Notes: a model not told the origin generated them from the sequence alone. A stretch of DNA of 64,000 nucleotides from an uncultured Flavonifractor sp. (GCA_947346365.1 CANAAV010000005.1:29177-93176); one strand, 5' to 3'. Numbered from the stretch's first letter, positions 46,669 through 55,828 are shown. Numbers and translations: made by a program.

Positions 46669-48735
46669 CTATTCGCAAAGCCTGCGCAGCCTGCGCATAA
46701 TATCGGACGCCTCTAAGTCCACCTTCCCCTCCACAGGGTTTAAGTCGATCTGGAGATGGTCGGTGGTGCGGCGCAGGCAGATCAGCCCCCGCTCGTCAAA
46801 GACCTCCAGGCATACCATCGTGCGCATCACCGTCTCCCGCCGCCCGCAGGCGCGGGAGATGCTCCGGGCCAGCCGGGGCACGGTCTCCTCCAAGGGGCCG
46901 GGCATAGCGTGGCCCTTGAGATACCGCCACAGCGTCACAAACTCTTCCCGGCTGGGCAGCAGGGCGGCGGCCTCCCGACGGGTCAGCGCCTCTCCCCGCC
47001 GGAATTTTTCATACAAAGCCTCCTCCGCCTGGGCGCGGGTCAGGGCGGGGCGCAGGTCGCATATCTGTAACTGCACGCTGCGCCACCCCCGGTATTCATT
47101 GACCTGGGGCGTAAAGGCCACGTCGATTCTGGCCCCCTGCGCCACCTCCGTTTCCGCCAGGGTAGCGGAAAAAAAGATAGCGTCCAGGCTGCGCCCCCCG
47201 GCGGAAAGCTTGAGCTTCAAGTGCCTGCCGCCGCCTACCTCGCTCACCGCGGATACGGCGCATCCGCTCAGGCAGAACACCGGCTTGGGGTTCCCTGCGC
47301 CATAGGGCTCCAGCAGCTCCAACCCCTCCACGTTCTCTAAGGAGAGCAGCGCCGCGTCGTCAATCTCGCCGTCCAGCTCCAGGGTGGAAATCATCTCCGC
47401 CCCCCCGGTGCGCTGCCGGACACACTCGTTCATCCGCTGGGCAAAGGCGGGGATATTTTCCTCCAAAATCGTAAAGCCCGCGGCCAGCTCGTGTCCGCCA
47501 AAGCCCTCCAGCAGTCCGGCGCAGCTCTCCAGCGCCGCAAACAGGTTAAAGCCGCCGAAGGACCGGCAGGAGCCCTTGCCCCTGCCCCCCTGAAGGCAGA
47601 TCATGAAGGTGGGGCAGGAGTATTTTTCCGCCAGGCGGGAGGCCACAATGCCCACCACCCCCTGGTGCCAGCCCTCTCCCGCTAACACCAGGGCGGAGCG
47701 CTCCCCGGCGGGAATGGCCTGCACCAGCGCCTGGCACTGCTCATAGATGCCCGCCTCAATGACCTGCCGCTCCCGGTTGAGCTCGCACAGCCGACGGGCC
47801 AGCTCCTCTCCCCGCGCCGGATCAGCCGTCAGCAAAAGCTCCGCCGCCAGCGCCGCGCAGCCCATCCGGCCGGAGGCATTGATCCTGGGCGCCAGCGTAA
47901 AGCCGATGGAAACCGAGCTCATGGGTTTTTCATCCATCCCGATCTCATGCAGAAGTGCCCGCAGACCGGGCCGCTGCGTCCGCCGCAGCGTCTCCAGCCC
48001 CAAGCGCACCAGGAACCGGTTCTCCCCGGTGATGCTCATCACATCGGCCACCGTGCCGATGGCCGCCAGGTCCGCGTACCGCTCCAGCAGCTCCCCGCTC
48101 CGGGGAGCTCCCCCCATGGCCAGCGCCAGCTTCAGCGCCACCCCCACCCCCGCCAGGGCCTTAAAGGGATAGGGGCACCCGCTCCGGTGGGGGTCCACCA
48201 CCGCCGCGGCCTGGGGCAGCGCCGCCTTGCACTCGTGGTGGTCAGTGATTACCACGTCCACTCCCAGCTCTCCGGCCCAACGGGCCTCCTCCACAGCGGT
48301 AATGCCGCAGTCCACCGTCACAATCAAGGACACGCCCTGGTCCTTCAGCAGCCGCACCGCCTCCCGGTTGAGGCCGTATCCCTCCTCCATCCGGTCCGGG
48401 ATATAGGGGACCACCCGTCCCCCTTCCCCGCGCAGAAAATCGGTCAGCAGACAGGTGGCAGTGATGCCGTCCACGTCGTAATCACCGTAAACCGCCACCG
48501 TCTCTCCCGTCTCCAGCGCGCTTTGCAGCCGCTTTACCGCCCGGTCCATATCCAGCATTAAAAACGGGTCCTCCAGCAGTCCCCAGTCCGCCGCCAGAAA
48601 ATCCTGCGCCTTTTCCAGCGTGTCCAGCCCGCGGGCGCACAGGGTCAGCGCCGCCAGAGGGGGCACGCCCGCCCTCTCCATCGCCGCTCTGGCGCCGGGA
48701 TTGCTCTCAGAACAGTTCCATTGCCGGTATTTCAT
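46669..48735 (-). CDS. recJ: single-stranded-DNA-specific exonuclease RecJ
   Basis: about 688 aa from ATG at comp(48733..48735); DHH (VTVDCGITA; ITDHH) and DHHA1 motifs. Confidence 0.9.
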   Translation of the reverse strand: MKYRQWNCSESNPGARAAMERAGVPPLAALTLCARGLDTLEKAQDFLAADWGLLEDPFLMLDMDRAVKRLQSALETGETVAVYGDYDVDGITATCLLTDFLRGEGGRVVPYIPDRMEEGYGLNREAVRLLKDQGVSLIVTVDCGITAVEEARWAGELGVDVVITDHHECKAALPQAAAVVDPHRSGCPYPFKALAGVGVALKLALAMGGAPRSGELLERYADLAAIGTVADVMSITGENRFLVRLGLETLRRTQRPGLRALLHEIGMDEKPMSSVSIGFTLAPRINASGRMGCAALAAELLLTADPARGEELARRLCELNRERQVIEAGIYEQCQALVQAIPAGERSALVLAGEGWHQGVVGIVASRLAEKYSCPTFMICLQGGRGKGSCRSFGGFNLFAALESCAGLLEGFGGHELAAGFTILEENIPAFAQRMNECVRQRTGGAEMISTLELDGEIDDAALLSLENVEGLELLEPYGAGNPKPVFCLSGCAVSAVSEVGGGRHLKLKLSAGGRSLDAIFFSATLAETEVAQGARIDVAFTPQVNEYRGWRSVQLQICDLRPALTRAQAEEALYEKFRRGEALTRREAAALLPSREEFVTLWRYLKGHAMPGPLEETVPRLARSISRACGRRETVMRTMVCLEVFDERGLICLRRTTDHLQIDLNPVEGKVDLEASDIMRRLRRLCE

Positions 48736-48785
48736 CGCCGTGCTGTCCCTCCCCTCTGCGCCAGTCAGGCGGATAGAACCGCCAT

Positions 48786-48820
48786 GGGACGTGTGAACAA
48801 TTTTCAACCAAGGCTTAAAC
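48786..48820. repeat. right-end fragment of the MITE-like repeat
   Basis: GGGACGTGTGAACAATTTTCAACCAAGGCTTAAAC matches the right ends of copies A and B; a further degenerate end (GATTTTCCGCCGGACAAGGCCTAAT) at 49046-49070. Confidence 0.6.
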
Positions 48821-48947
48821 AAAGCCAGCGGCCCTTGAGAGCCCTGGCTTCTAAAGCCCGCTGACTTTGCTCAGTGCGCATTATTATAGCAAATTTCGCC
48901 CCAGGTGACAAGTATAATCACAAATATGCCCGTTCAGGCCCTCAAAA

Positions 48948-48994
48948 AACCGGGAAACCGCCCCCCGAAAGGAGCCGTCTCCCGGTTTCAAAAT
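48948..48994 (-). terminator. probable terminator downstream of degV
   Basis: minus strand AAACCGGGA..TCCCGGTTTTTT stem with large loop and T6 tail. Confidence 0.35.
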
Positions 48995-49065
48995 TCCTCG
49001 GCTTTCTCCTGTGCTTGGCAATTGGCAGTATGCCCGACGGCGAAAGATTTTCCGCCGGACAAGGC

Positions 49066-49902
49066 CTAATAGGCCGCCACTACGCCGCCGTCGTTGGCGT
49101 ATACGGTGGACACGCCGCAGGTATCGCTGACCACCACTTCGCTGAACCGGCAGCGCTCCAGGGCCAAGTCCTTCAGATAAAAGGCCCGGTCCAGGCAGTT
49201 GCAGTGGGCAATGGCCAGGCGGCGGCCCACATGCTTTTCGTCCTCCGCCATAAAAGACACCATTTTGGACAGGGCCTGTCTTACCGACAGCGCCTGCCCC
49301 TTTTTACAGATTTCTCCCTCCCGGGTGGCCCCCATCAACAGCTTGATCTTCAGCGTGCTGGTCACGATATTCTGCAGCCGGGTCAGCCGCCCGTTTTTAC
49401 GCAGATTGTCCAGGGTCTCCAGCACAAAAAAGGTCTCCATTCCGCCGATATAGCGGGACGCCTCGCTGACCACCCCGGAAAACGGCATTCCGCTCTCCGC
49501 CAGATCCCTGATCTTCAGGGCCAGAGCCACTTCCCCGGCGGAGGCAGAACAGGAATTGAAAATATGCACATTGGCGTTTGGATGATCCTCCAGCCACATC
49601 AGCCGCGCCTGAGCGGCAGAGTTGTGGGAGCCAGACAGCAGCGCGGAGAGGGTAACCACATAGATGTCGTCTGCGCCGCAGTCAAAGGCCTGCATATACT
49701 CCACCGGCGAAGGGCAGGCGGTGTGGGGGGCGCTCTCGCACTCCCGCATCCTCCAGAGCAGCTCAGCCTGGTCAAAGGCGGCGTTGTCCAAAACCGCGTA
49801 CTCCCCCGCATGGATAGTCAGCGGTACGCTGAGAAAACAGCCTGTCTGGAGCTGGGCCGGCGTCAGATCGCAGCAGCTGTCGACGATGATTTTAAAGCTC
49901 AT
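49066..49902 (-). CDS. DegV family fatty-acid-binding protein
   Basis: 278 aa; MSFKIIVDSCCDL N-terminus typical of DegV/DUF194. Confidence 0.85.
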   Translation of the reverse strand: MSFKIIVDSCCDLTPAQLQTGCFLSVPLTIHAGEYAVLDNAAFDQAELLWRMRECESAPHTACPSPVEYMQAFDCGADDIYVVTLSALLSGSHNSAAQARLMWLEDHPNANVHIFNSCSASAGEVALALKIRDLAESGMPFSGVVSEASRYIGGMETFFVLETLDNLRKNGRLTRLQNIVTSTLKIKLLMGATREGEICKKGQALSVRQALSKMVSFMAEDEKHVGRRLAIAHCNCLDRAFYLKDLALERCRFSEVVVSDTCGVSTVYANDGGVVAAY

Positions 49903-50212
49903 AACCGTAATCTCCCGATATAGTTTTTAAAATCAGATCTGGGGTTGACGTTATTGTACCATCCTTTGGCAGAAAAGTAAAGGGGAACTGTGTAAAAACT
50001 TCCGTTCCGCAGGCATACCGGTATGGTTTCCCCTCTCGCCCTGTTTGAATCTTGCGGCCTTCCTGAGATCCTCCCAGCTCCTTTCATGACCCGCTGGAAT
50101 AAACGCCGCTTAAATTATTACCCTTTTGGGGTGAGAAAATCTCTTTTCTCCTCAGCAGATTTGTACTATACTAAGCTCACGTTAATTTGTCATATGCGGA
50201 GGGGTGGACATT

Positions 50213-50890
50213 ATGCGGCCTGATAACGATAAACGGCTCTACCTGGTAGACGGCTCCCCCGAAGTTGTCTACCTGAAAAACGTAGTGCATGACCCTGAGA
50301 TTGAGGTGGGCGTGCATACCTATTACCATGACGACCAAAAGGACCCCCGTGACTTTGTGAAGAACAACGTGCTCTACCACTTCCCCGGCGTGGGAGACCA
50401 CATCAAAATCGGCTCTTACTGCTCCATCGCCAGCGGAGTAAAATTTATGTGCTCTATCTGTCACCACGATCCCAGCTCTTTGTCCTGGTATCCCTTTGGC
50501 TGGCTTCACGAGCACTGGGATACTCTGGATTTTGACCGGGACTTTACCTGGGGCCACCGGGGCCAAGGCATCGAGGTGGGCAGCGACGTATGGATCGGCC
50601 GGGAGGCCGTTCTCATGCCCGGCGTGACGGTCGGCCACGGTGCCGCCATCGGCACCCGCAGTATCGTCACCCACGATGTTCCGCCCTACACCATTGTAGC
50701 CGGCGCCCCCGCCAAATTCATTAAGAAGCGCTTTGACGGCGCCACCATTGAACGGCTGCTGGCGCTCAAATGGTGGGAGCTGCCTGAGGAGGAGATCAAT
50801 ATTTTGTTGCCCTCCCTGGTGCACGGGGACCTGGACGGCGTTTTCCTGCGCAAAGCCATCTATGAGGCCGCCAAAAGCGTGATGCGCTAG
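50213..50890 (+). CDS. vat: Vat-family streptogramin A O-acetyltransferase (xenobiotic acetyltransferase, hexapeptide repeat)
   Basis: about 225 aa from ATG 50213 (GGAGGGGTG RBS); alignment by eye to Vat proteins: ILYHYP..KIG..CSI..GV, HR.DG.STYPF, DVWIG.DVVIMPGV.IG.GA, PY.I..G.PAK.IK.RFD..TI..LL..KWW. Confidence 0.8.
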   Translation: MRPDNDKRLYLVDGSPEVVYLKNVVHDPEIEVGVHTYYHDDQKDPRDFVKNNVLYHFPGVGDHIKIGSYCSIASGVKFMCSICHHDPSSLSWYPFGWLHEHWDTLDFDRDFTWGHRGQGIEVGSDVWIGREAVLMPGVTVGHGAAIGTRSIVTHDVPPYTIVAGAPAKFIKKRFDGATIERLLALKWWELPEEEINILLPSLVHGDLDGVFLRKAIYEAAKSVMR

Positions 50891-51050
50891 GCCTTGTTTG
50901 AAAAATGGGAATATGCCCAAGGGCGAGGGATTTTTTCAGCTGGCAAGGGGTTTTGACGCAGAAATCCTGCCGGATTTCAAGGAAAACCCCCGCCGTCCAG
51001 GCGGAAAAAGACCCGCCATTTGGGCGTGTGAACAATTTTCAAACAAGGCC
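50890..51050. repeat. MITE-like dispersed repeat, full copy B (161 bp, with 25-bp internal insertion relative to copy A)
   Basis: starts at last base of vat stop; TIR GGCCTTGTTTGAA/TTCAAACAAGGCC; about 90% identical to copy A outside the insertion CGCCGTCCAGGCGGAAAAAGACCCG. Confidence 0.8.
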
Positions 51051-51103
51051 TAGTCCCGGCCTCCCCTCTATTCTAGCGCTCCAAAGGTTTTAAAACCATC
51101 TCC

Positions 51104-51146
51104 CCCGCGGCGTGCCCGTAAACCGGGACCTGCCGCGGGATTTTTT
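51104..51146 (+). terminator. intrinsic terminator downstream of vat
   Basis: CCCGCGGC..(20 nt)..GCCGCGGG followed by TTTTTT. Confidence 0.6.
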
Positions 51147-51261
51147 ACGCCCCGGCTGCCTCCCCCTCTCCCCCGCTGTGCAGAAAGGCCGTCCAACTCC
51201 CCGTACTATCCTGTCCGCACTTCCCATATAAATGGGTAAACGAGAAAGGTGGGGATCTACA

Positions 51262-51552
51262 ATGCCGTATGAGGAAGCCGGGGCCCGCCGGGAGGCGGCC
51301 CACCATATCATTCTGGAGGAACGGGAACAGCTTTCGGTCTCCGGTGTGGAGGAGGTGGAGAGCTTTGATGAGAACACGATCGTTATGTACACCAGCCGGG
51401 GCACCCTGGTGGTCCGGGGCGAGGGGCTGCACATCGAAAAACTGAGCTTGGACGGGGGCGACCTGCGAGTGGAGGGTGAAATTGACTCTCTGTCCTACGA
51501 GGACGACCACCGTGAACGGGGCGGCGGACTGCTCTCCCGCCTCTTCCGCTGA
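51262..51552 (+). CDS. yabP: sporulation protein YabP
   Basis: 96 aa from ATG 51262; YabP family pattern (LSVSGVEEVESFDENTIVMYTSRGTLVVRGEGLHIEKLSLDGGDLRVEGEI). Confidence 0.8.
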   Translation: MPYEEAGARREAAHHIILEEREQLSVSGVEEVESFDENTIVMYTSRGTLVVRGEGLHIEKLSLDGGDLRVEGEIDSLSYEDDHRERGGGLLSRLFR

Positions 51553-51553
51553 C

Positions 51554-52270
51554 ATGGCTGTTTCAATTGCCGCCCAGGCGGCCATGCTGGGCGGCGCGCT
51601 GATTCTAGGGGCGGCCGTAGGCGTGCTGTACGACGCCTTTCGCATCCTGCGGGTCCGCCTGCCCCTGCCTCTTTTAGGAGGAATTTTGGACCTGCTGTTC
51701 TGGCTGGCGGTAACGGCGGCTCTGTTCGTCTACGCTGTGGCTGCGGGAAACGGAGAGGTGCGCATTTTCATGGTGTTGGCGGTTCTCGGCGGAGCCGCAG
51801 CCTATTTTTGGCTGCTCAGCCGCGGCATCCTGCGGCTGGGCTATCTGCTGGCAGACCTGGTTGGGGTGTTGTGGCGCCTGGCTACACTACCCCTTGTGGC
51901 TACTGCCGCCCTGGCGAAAAAAATTAGGGAAACTGCAAAAAAGTTCTTCCATTATCGGCGCAAGTGGTATAAAATAAAGAAGATATCCGGAGAAATGGAA
52001 GACGTGCGGCGCATAGCCCGCAGGAAAGAGGAGGGGCAAGGTCATGAACATCCAACGGGCGCCGTTAATAACCAAGCTGGTGGTACTGGCGCTGCTTATC
52101 GCCGTGGCCGTCACTCTGCTCGATCTTCGGGGGCAATTTCAGCAGGCCCAGAGCGACCTGGAGCTGGTTCAGGCCCAGGTGACCGTCCAGCGGCAGACCA
52201 ACGCCGCGCTGGCCGACGCCGTAGAGAACAGCGAAGATCCCGGCCGTCAGGCCGACATCGCCCGCGATAA
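51554..52270 (+). CDS. yabQ: spore cortex biosynthesis protein YabQ (3' end uncertain)
   Basis: ATG 51554 immediately after yabP stop; hydrophobic YabQ-like N-terminal 160 aa; frame stays open to 52270, overlapping divIC out of frame with an Arg/Gly/Pro-rich tail. Confidence 0.6.
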   Translation: MAVSIAAQAAMLGGALILGAAVGVLYDAFRILRVRLPLPLLGGILDLLFWLAVTAALFVYAVAAGNGEVRIFMVLAVLGGAAAYFWLLSRGILRLGYLLADLVGVLWRLATLPLVATAALAKKIRETAKKFFHYRRKWYKIKKISGEMEDVRRIARRKEEGQGHEHPTGAVNNQAGGTGAAYRRGRHSARSSGAISAGPERPGAGSGPGDRPAADQRRAGRRRREQRRSRPSGRHRPR

Positions 52271-52319
52271 GCTGGGCCTGGTAGAGCCCGGCGAGATTCT
52301 CTTCTATTTCACCGATTAG
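52044..52319 (+). CDS. divIC: septum formation initiator DivIC/FtsB-like protein
   Basis: 91 aa; N-terminal TM then coiled coil; AAAGAGGAGGGG RBS; conserved yabP-yabQ-divIC-yabR order. Confidence 0.75.
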   Translation: MNIQRAPLITKLVVLALLIAVAVTLLDLRGQFQQAQSDLELVQAQVTVQRQTNAALADAVENSEDPGRQADIARDKLGLVEPGEILFYFTD

Positions 52320-52384
52320 ACCGCCGCTGAGCGGCCTGGTACATCAGCGTCCTGCAAAATTTTGAAGGAGGAACATTCGGTCAG

Positions 52385-52810
52385 ATGGAGTTCGGTGTTG
52401 GTTCGGTAGTAGAGGGAAAGGTCACAGGGATCACAAAATTCGGCGCGTTTGTCAGCTTGCCGGAAAACAAGTCGGGGTTGGTACACATCTCAGAGATTGC
52501 CTATACCTATGTAAACGACGTAAAAGACCACCTGAAAGAGGGACAGGAGGTCAAGGTCAAGGTCATTGGAATTGATGAGAACGGCCGCATCAACCTCTCC
52601 ATCAAAAAGGCAATGGACCCGCCGCCCCGCCCTGCGGGCGCGGGCAGGGGAGCGGGCCGCCCCCAGGGCGGCGGCTTCCGGGGCAGGCCCGTCCAGGCAG
52701 AGCCCGCCACCTTTGAGGACCGTTTAAAACAGTTTATGGCCTCTTCGGACAGCAAGCTGTCTGAACTGCGTCAGGCGGAGCGCCGCAGCTCCCGCCGGGG
52801 ACGCAAGTAA
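52385..52810 (+). CDS. S1 RNA-binding domain protein (YabR-like)
   Basis: 141 aa; S1 domain (GSVVEGKVTGITKFGAFVSLPENKSGLVHISEIA) and basic C-terminal tail. Confidence 0.8.
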   Translation: MEFGVGSVVEGKVTGITKFGAFVSLPENKSGLVHISEIAYTYVNDVKDHLKEGQEVKVKVIGIDENGRINLSIKKAMDPPPRPAGAGRGAGRPQGGGFRGRPVQAEPATFEDRLKQFMASSDSKLSELRQAERRSSRRGRK

Positions 52811-52887
52811 GCCTGTTATTGCAGCCGGAGGCAGCCGAAACGGCTGTCTCCGTTTTTTGCCCTGGGACAGAGAAAGGGAGGGACGGC

Positions 52888-53475
52888 ATGAGCGCCAAAG
52901 AAGAATTTATCCAAATTTATCAGGAACACATCCGCCGGGAGGGGGCCGACGCCCTGCTGGACTATCTGGAGCATAAGAGCGACTTTTTCACCGCTCCGGC
53001 CTCCGCCCGCTACCACGGAGCCTATGCGGGGGGACTGTGCGAGCACAGCGTCAACGTCTACCACTGCCTTCAGGCCTACCTGGAGCGGGAGCGGGTCAGG
53101 GAGCTTTACGGCCTGGAGTACAGCCAGGAATCCGCCGCCGTGGCGGCGCTGCTGCACGATCTATGTAAAATCGGCTGCTATAAATCCGGTGTCCGCAACG
53201 TCAAAGGTCCCGACGGCAAGTGGCAGTCGGTACCCACCTTTTTTTATGAGGACCCGCTGCCCTACGGGCACGGAGAAAAATCCGTGTACATTATTTCCGG
53301 CTTTATGCGCCTAAACCGGGAGGAAGCCATGGCAATCCGCTGGCATATGGGCTTTTCCGGCGGAGAGGATAACCGCCTGATCGGCCAGGCCCTCCAGCGC
53401 TATCCCCTGGCGTTCGCTCTCAGCGTGGCGGATATGGAGGCCTCCTATTTCCTGGAGGGGGAGGACAGCCTCTAA
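52888..53475 (+). CDS. HD-domain hydrolase
   Basis: 195 aa from ATG 52888 (AAGGGAGGGA RBS); H..H and HD-type motifs (ARYHGAYAGGLCEHS; LLHDLCK). Confidence 0.6.
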   Translation: MSAKEEFIQIYQEHIRREGADALLDYLEHKSDFFTAPASARYHGAYAGGLCEHSVNVYHCLQAYLERERVRELYGLEYSQESAAVAALLHDLCKIGCYKSGVRNVKGPDGKWQSVPTFFYEDPLPYGHGEKSVYIISGFMRLNREEAMAIRWHMGFSGGEDNRLIGQALQRYPLAFALSVADMEASYFLEGEDSL

Positions 53476-53500
53476 GCCGCTTTGAAAAGGAGGAAGGGCA

Positions 53501-54133
53501 TTGCAGGACGGATACCGGCTGCTTCACCCGGAATTTTACCGTCTCGCCGGTCCCGGCGGCAAGATCACGCAGGGAGCGGATCAGGATTGGTTTCCCACCT
53601 TTTGGCAGCGGGAGGCCGGCTGCGGCCCCACCGCCGCGGCTGTCGTCTTTGCCTATCTGGCCCAGGCCTATCCCCGCCTGCGCCCCCTGGGCCCGGAAGA
53701 GACCGGCAGGCGCGACTCTTTTACTACGCTGATGTGCCGTGTGTGGGAGTATGTCACCCCAGGGATATACGGCCTCAACCGCCCCCAGGTCATGCGGGAC
53801 GGCATGGCCTCCTATGCCAAGGCCCGGGGCGTGGAGTTGTCCCCCGCCCTGCTGGAAATTCCCGCCGCTTCTACAAAGCGGCCCAGCTTTGCGCAGGTCA
53901 GCCGTTTTGTAGGCAGGAGCCTGGAGCTGGAGTGTCCGGTGGCCTTTTTAAATCTGCACAATGGGAAGGTGCATGAGCTGGACCGCTGGCACTGGGTCAC
54001 CGTCGCCGCCCTGGAAGGGGAGCGGGCGGTCATACTGGACAGCGGACACACGTTGGAGATCAACCTTGCCCTGTGGCTGTCTACCACCCGGCGGCGGGGC
54101 GGATTCGTCTCGGCGTTAGGAGGCACCCAATGA
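53501..54133 (+). CDS. hypothetical protein, possible C39-like cysteine peptidase domain
   Basis: 210 aa; CGPTAAAVVFAYL resembles the Cys region of C39_2 peptidases. Confidence 0.35.
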   Translation: MQDGYRLLHPEFYRLAGPGGKITQGADQDWFPTFWQREAGCGPTAAAVVFAYLAQAYPRLRPLGPEETGRRDSFTTLMCRVWEYVTPGIYGLNRPQVMRDGMASYAKARGVELSPALLEIPAASTKRPSFAQVSRFVGRSLELECPVAFLNLHNGKVHELDRWHWVTVAALEGERAVILDSGHTLEINLALWLSTTRRRGGFVSALGGTQ

Positions 54134-54420
54134 TGGATTTTTTGCCGGCCTGGGGGCTCTGGGCCGCGGGGTACGCAGCGGTTATAAGTCTGCTGGCCTT
54201 CTGCCTTATGGGTCTGGACAAGGGCCGCGCCCAGCGGCGGGGCGCCCGCCGGGTGCCGGAGCGCGCTTTGTTCCTCTGCGCCCTGCTGGGCGGGTCGCCT
54301 GGGGCGCTTCTCGGCATGTGGGCGTTCCGCCACAAGACCAAGCACTGGTATTTCAAATACGGCCTGCCCGCCATCCTGCTGCTCCAGCTGGGACTTCTCT
54401 GGCGGCTGGCGGTACGGTAG
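54130..54420 (+). CDS. DUF1294 membrane protein
   Basis: 96 aa from ATG 54130 overlapping upstream stop; two TM helices and KTKHWYFKYG motif typical of DUF1294. Confidence 0.6.
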   Translation: MMDFLPAWGLWAAGYAAVISLLAFCLMGLDKGRAQRRGARRVPERALFLCALLGGSPGALLGMWAFRHKTKHWYFKYGLPAILLLQLGLLWRLAVR

Positions 54421-54477
54421 CAAAACGGAGGGGGCATACCGCGCCCCCTCCGTTTTGGCATGTTTTGCAGGGCCCTG

Positions 54478-54684
54478 TTACGACCGCCTTTTCAAGTGCC
54501 GCCGGGTACCGTCCGGCTCCACAATAACGGTGCGGTCCAACTGCTCCTCCAGATTTTTTCGGTAGGCCGCAATATACTCCTGCCGCAGGGCAGAGCGTTC
54601 GGCGGTCTCCTCCGGCGTGAGCCCGCCGGGACTCTTTGCCTTCTTCGCCAGCTGGTTGATCCGGTCAATTTTTGCCTGTTCCAT
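54478..54684 (-). CDS. UPF0291/DUF896 (YnzC-like) small protein
   Basis: 68 aa from ATG at comp(54682..54684); MEQAKIDRINQLAKKAK..LTPEETAERSALRQEYIAAYRKNL matches the DUF896 family. Confidence 0.7.
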   Translation of the reverse strand: MEQAKIDRINQLAKKAKSPGGLTPEETAERSALRQEYIAAYRKNLEEQLDRTVIVEPDGTRRHLKRRS

Positions 54685-55478
54685 TATACATACCGCTCCA
54701 ATACCAACATAATGCGCCCCTTTTTGGACGGACCGCCCACCTCCCGAACCACGCATTTGCCCAGTCCCCGGCAGGTGAGCACATCTCCTTGGACCACTGC
54801 CCGGTCCGGTTTGAGGCAGTCTCGGTGGTTGAGCTGAACGCGTCCGGAGCAGATCAGGTCCGCCGCCTTCCCTCTGGACACAGAGAAACCGGAGCCGGCC
54901 ACCGCATCCAGCCGCAGGGAGGACACCGTGTCCCGGATCGTTTTGACCTGTACCGCCGGGGGCGAAAGCTGAGAAAGCGCTATCGGGGACACGTTCAGGC
55001 GGGCCCGGCCGGCCTGGTCCAGGTGCAGCAGCAAAAACTCCTGCATATCCGCCAGCACCAGCAGATCGCACCGCCCCTCTCCTACCAGCAGATCCCCCAC
55101 CTTTTCCCGGTCCAGGCCTAAGCCCAAAACCGCTCCCAGGAAATCCCGGTGGGAAAGCGCCGGCCCGGTGTAAACGGCCCGCAGGGCCCGGATAGGGCAC
55201 TCCTCCCCCGCTAAGACCGCCTCCGGCTCCTGCCAATCGGGCAGGAACGCACAGATGCAGCGCTCCGCTCCCTCAAAACCGCCGAAAAACAAATGCCGGG
55301 GGTGTCCGCTGGCGTTGAGCAGGGCCTCCACCGACACACGCTCTTGGGGCGAGAGGAACCCGGTGTGGCTGGGGACATTGCGGGTACGGGCCAGCTCCAG
55401 CTTGTCCAGCACCCGGGAAAGCAGGACCCGCTCCTCCTCCGACTGGGCCGTTTTATTCAGCAGCTCGGTTTTTGTCAT
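54684..55478 (-). CDS. YlmH-like RNA-binding protein with C-terminal S4 domain
   Basis: 264 aa; C-terminal S4-like region (RLDAVAGSGFSVSRGKAADLICSGRVQLNHR). Confidence 0.6.
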   Translation of the reverse strand: MTKTELLNKTAQSEEERVLLSRVLDKLELARTRNVPSHTGFLSPQERVSVEALLNASGHPRHLFFGGFEGAERCICAFLPDWQEPEAVLAGEECPIRALRAVYTGPALSHRDFLGAVLGLGLDREKVGDLLVGEGRCDLLVLADMQEFLLLHLDQAGRARLNVSPIALSQLSPPAVQVKTIRDTVSSLRLDAVAGSGFSVSRGKAADLICSGRVQLNHRDCLKPDRAVVQGDVLTCRGLGKCVVREVGGPSKKGRIMLVLERYV

Positions 55479-55524
55479 ATGCCGTTACACTCCAATATAA
55501 GAATAGCTATTTTAAGATATTGCT

Positions 55525-55828
55525 TCACTTCACGCCCATTTGGACCAGCGCAGCGCACAGCATGCGCCACTGCGTCAAAAGCTCTTCCCGCCGCACCTGC
55601 CCGGCACAGGTCAGCCGGTAATATTTCCGGGCAGGCCCGCCGGAGCTCTCCCCCCGGTAATGCTCGGTATGTCCCTGCCTGCACAGCCCTCTCAAAATGG
55701 CATAGACGGTGCTCTCCTGGGTATCGGGAAAAGCGGCGTGAAGCTGGCGCAGCAGCTCATAGCCGTACCGGTCTCCGCCTTCGAGCAGCTGGAGCAGGCA
55801 TAGCTCCAGCAGGTCCTTTTTCAGCACA
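55525..55828 (-). CDS. PadR family transcriptional regulator
   Basis: about 101 aa from GTG at comp(55826..55828); LLELCLLQLLEGGDRYGYELLRQL winged-helix PadR signature. Confidence 0.7.

Noticed and set aside
49903-50212. Possible small RNA or promoter-island in the 300-bp spacer before vat
   Set aside because: Only a weak -10-like TATACT and no convincing paired structure or conserved motif was visible by eye. Needs covariance-model search rather than inspection.
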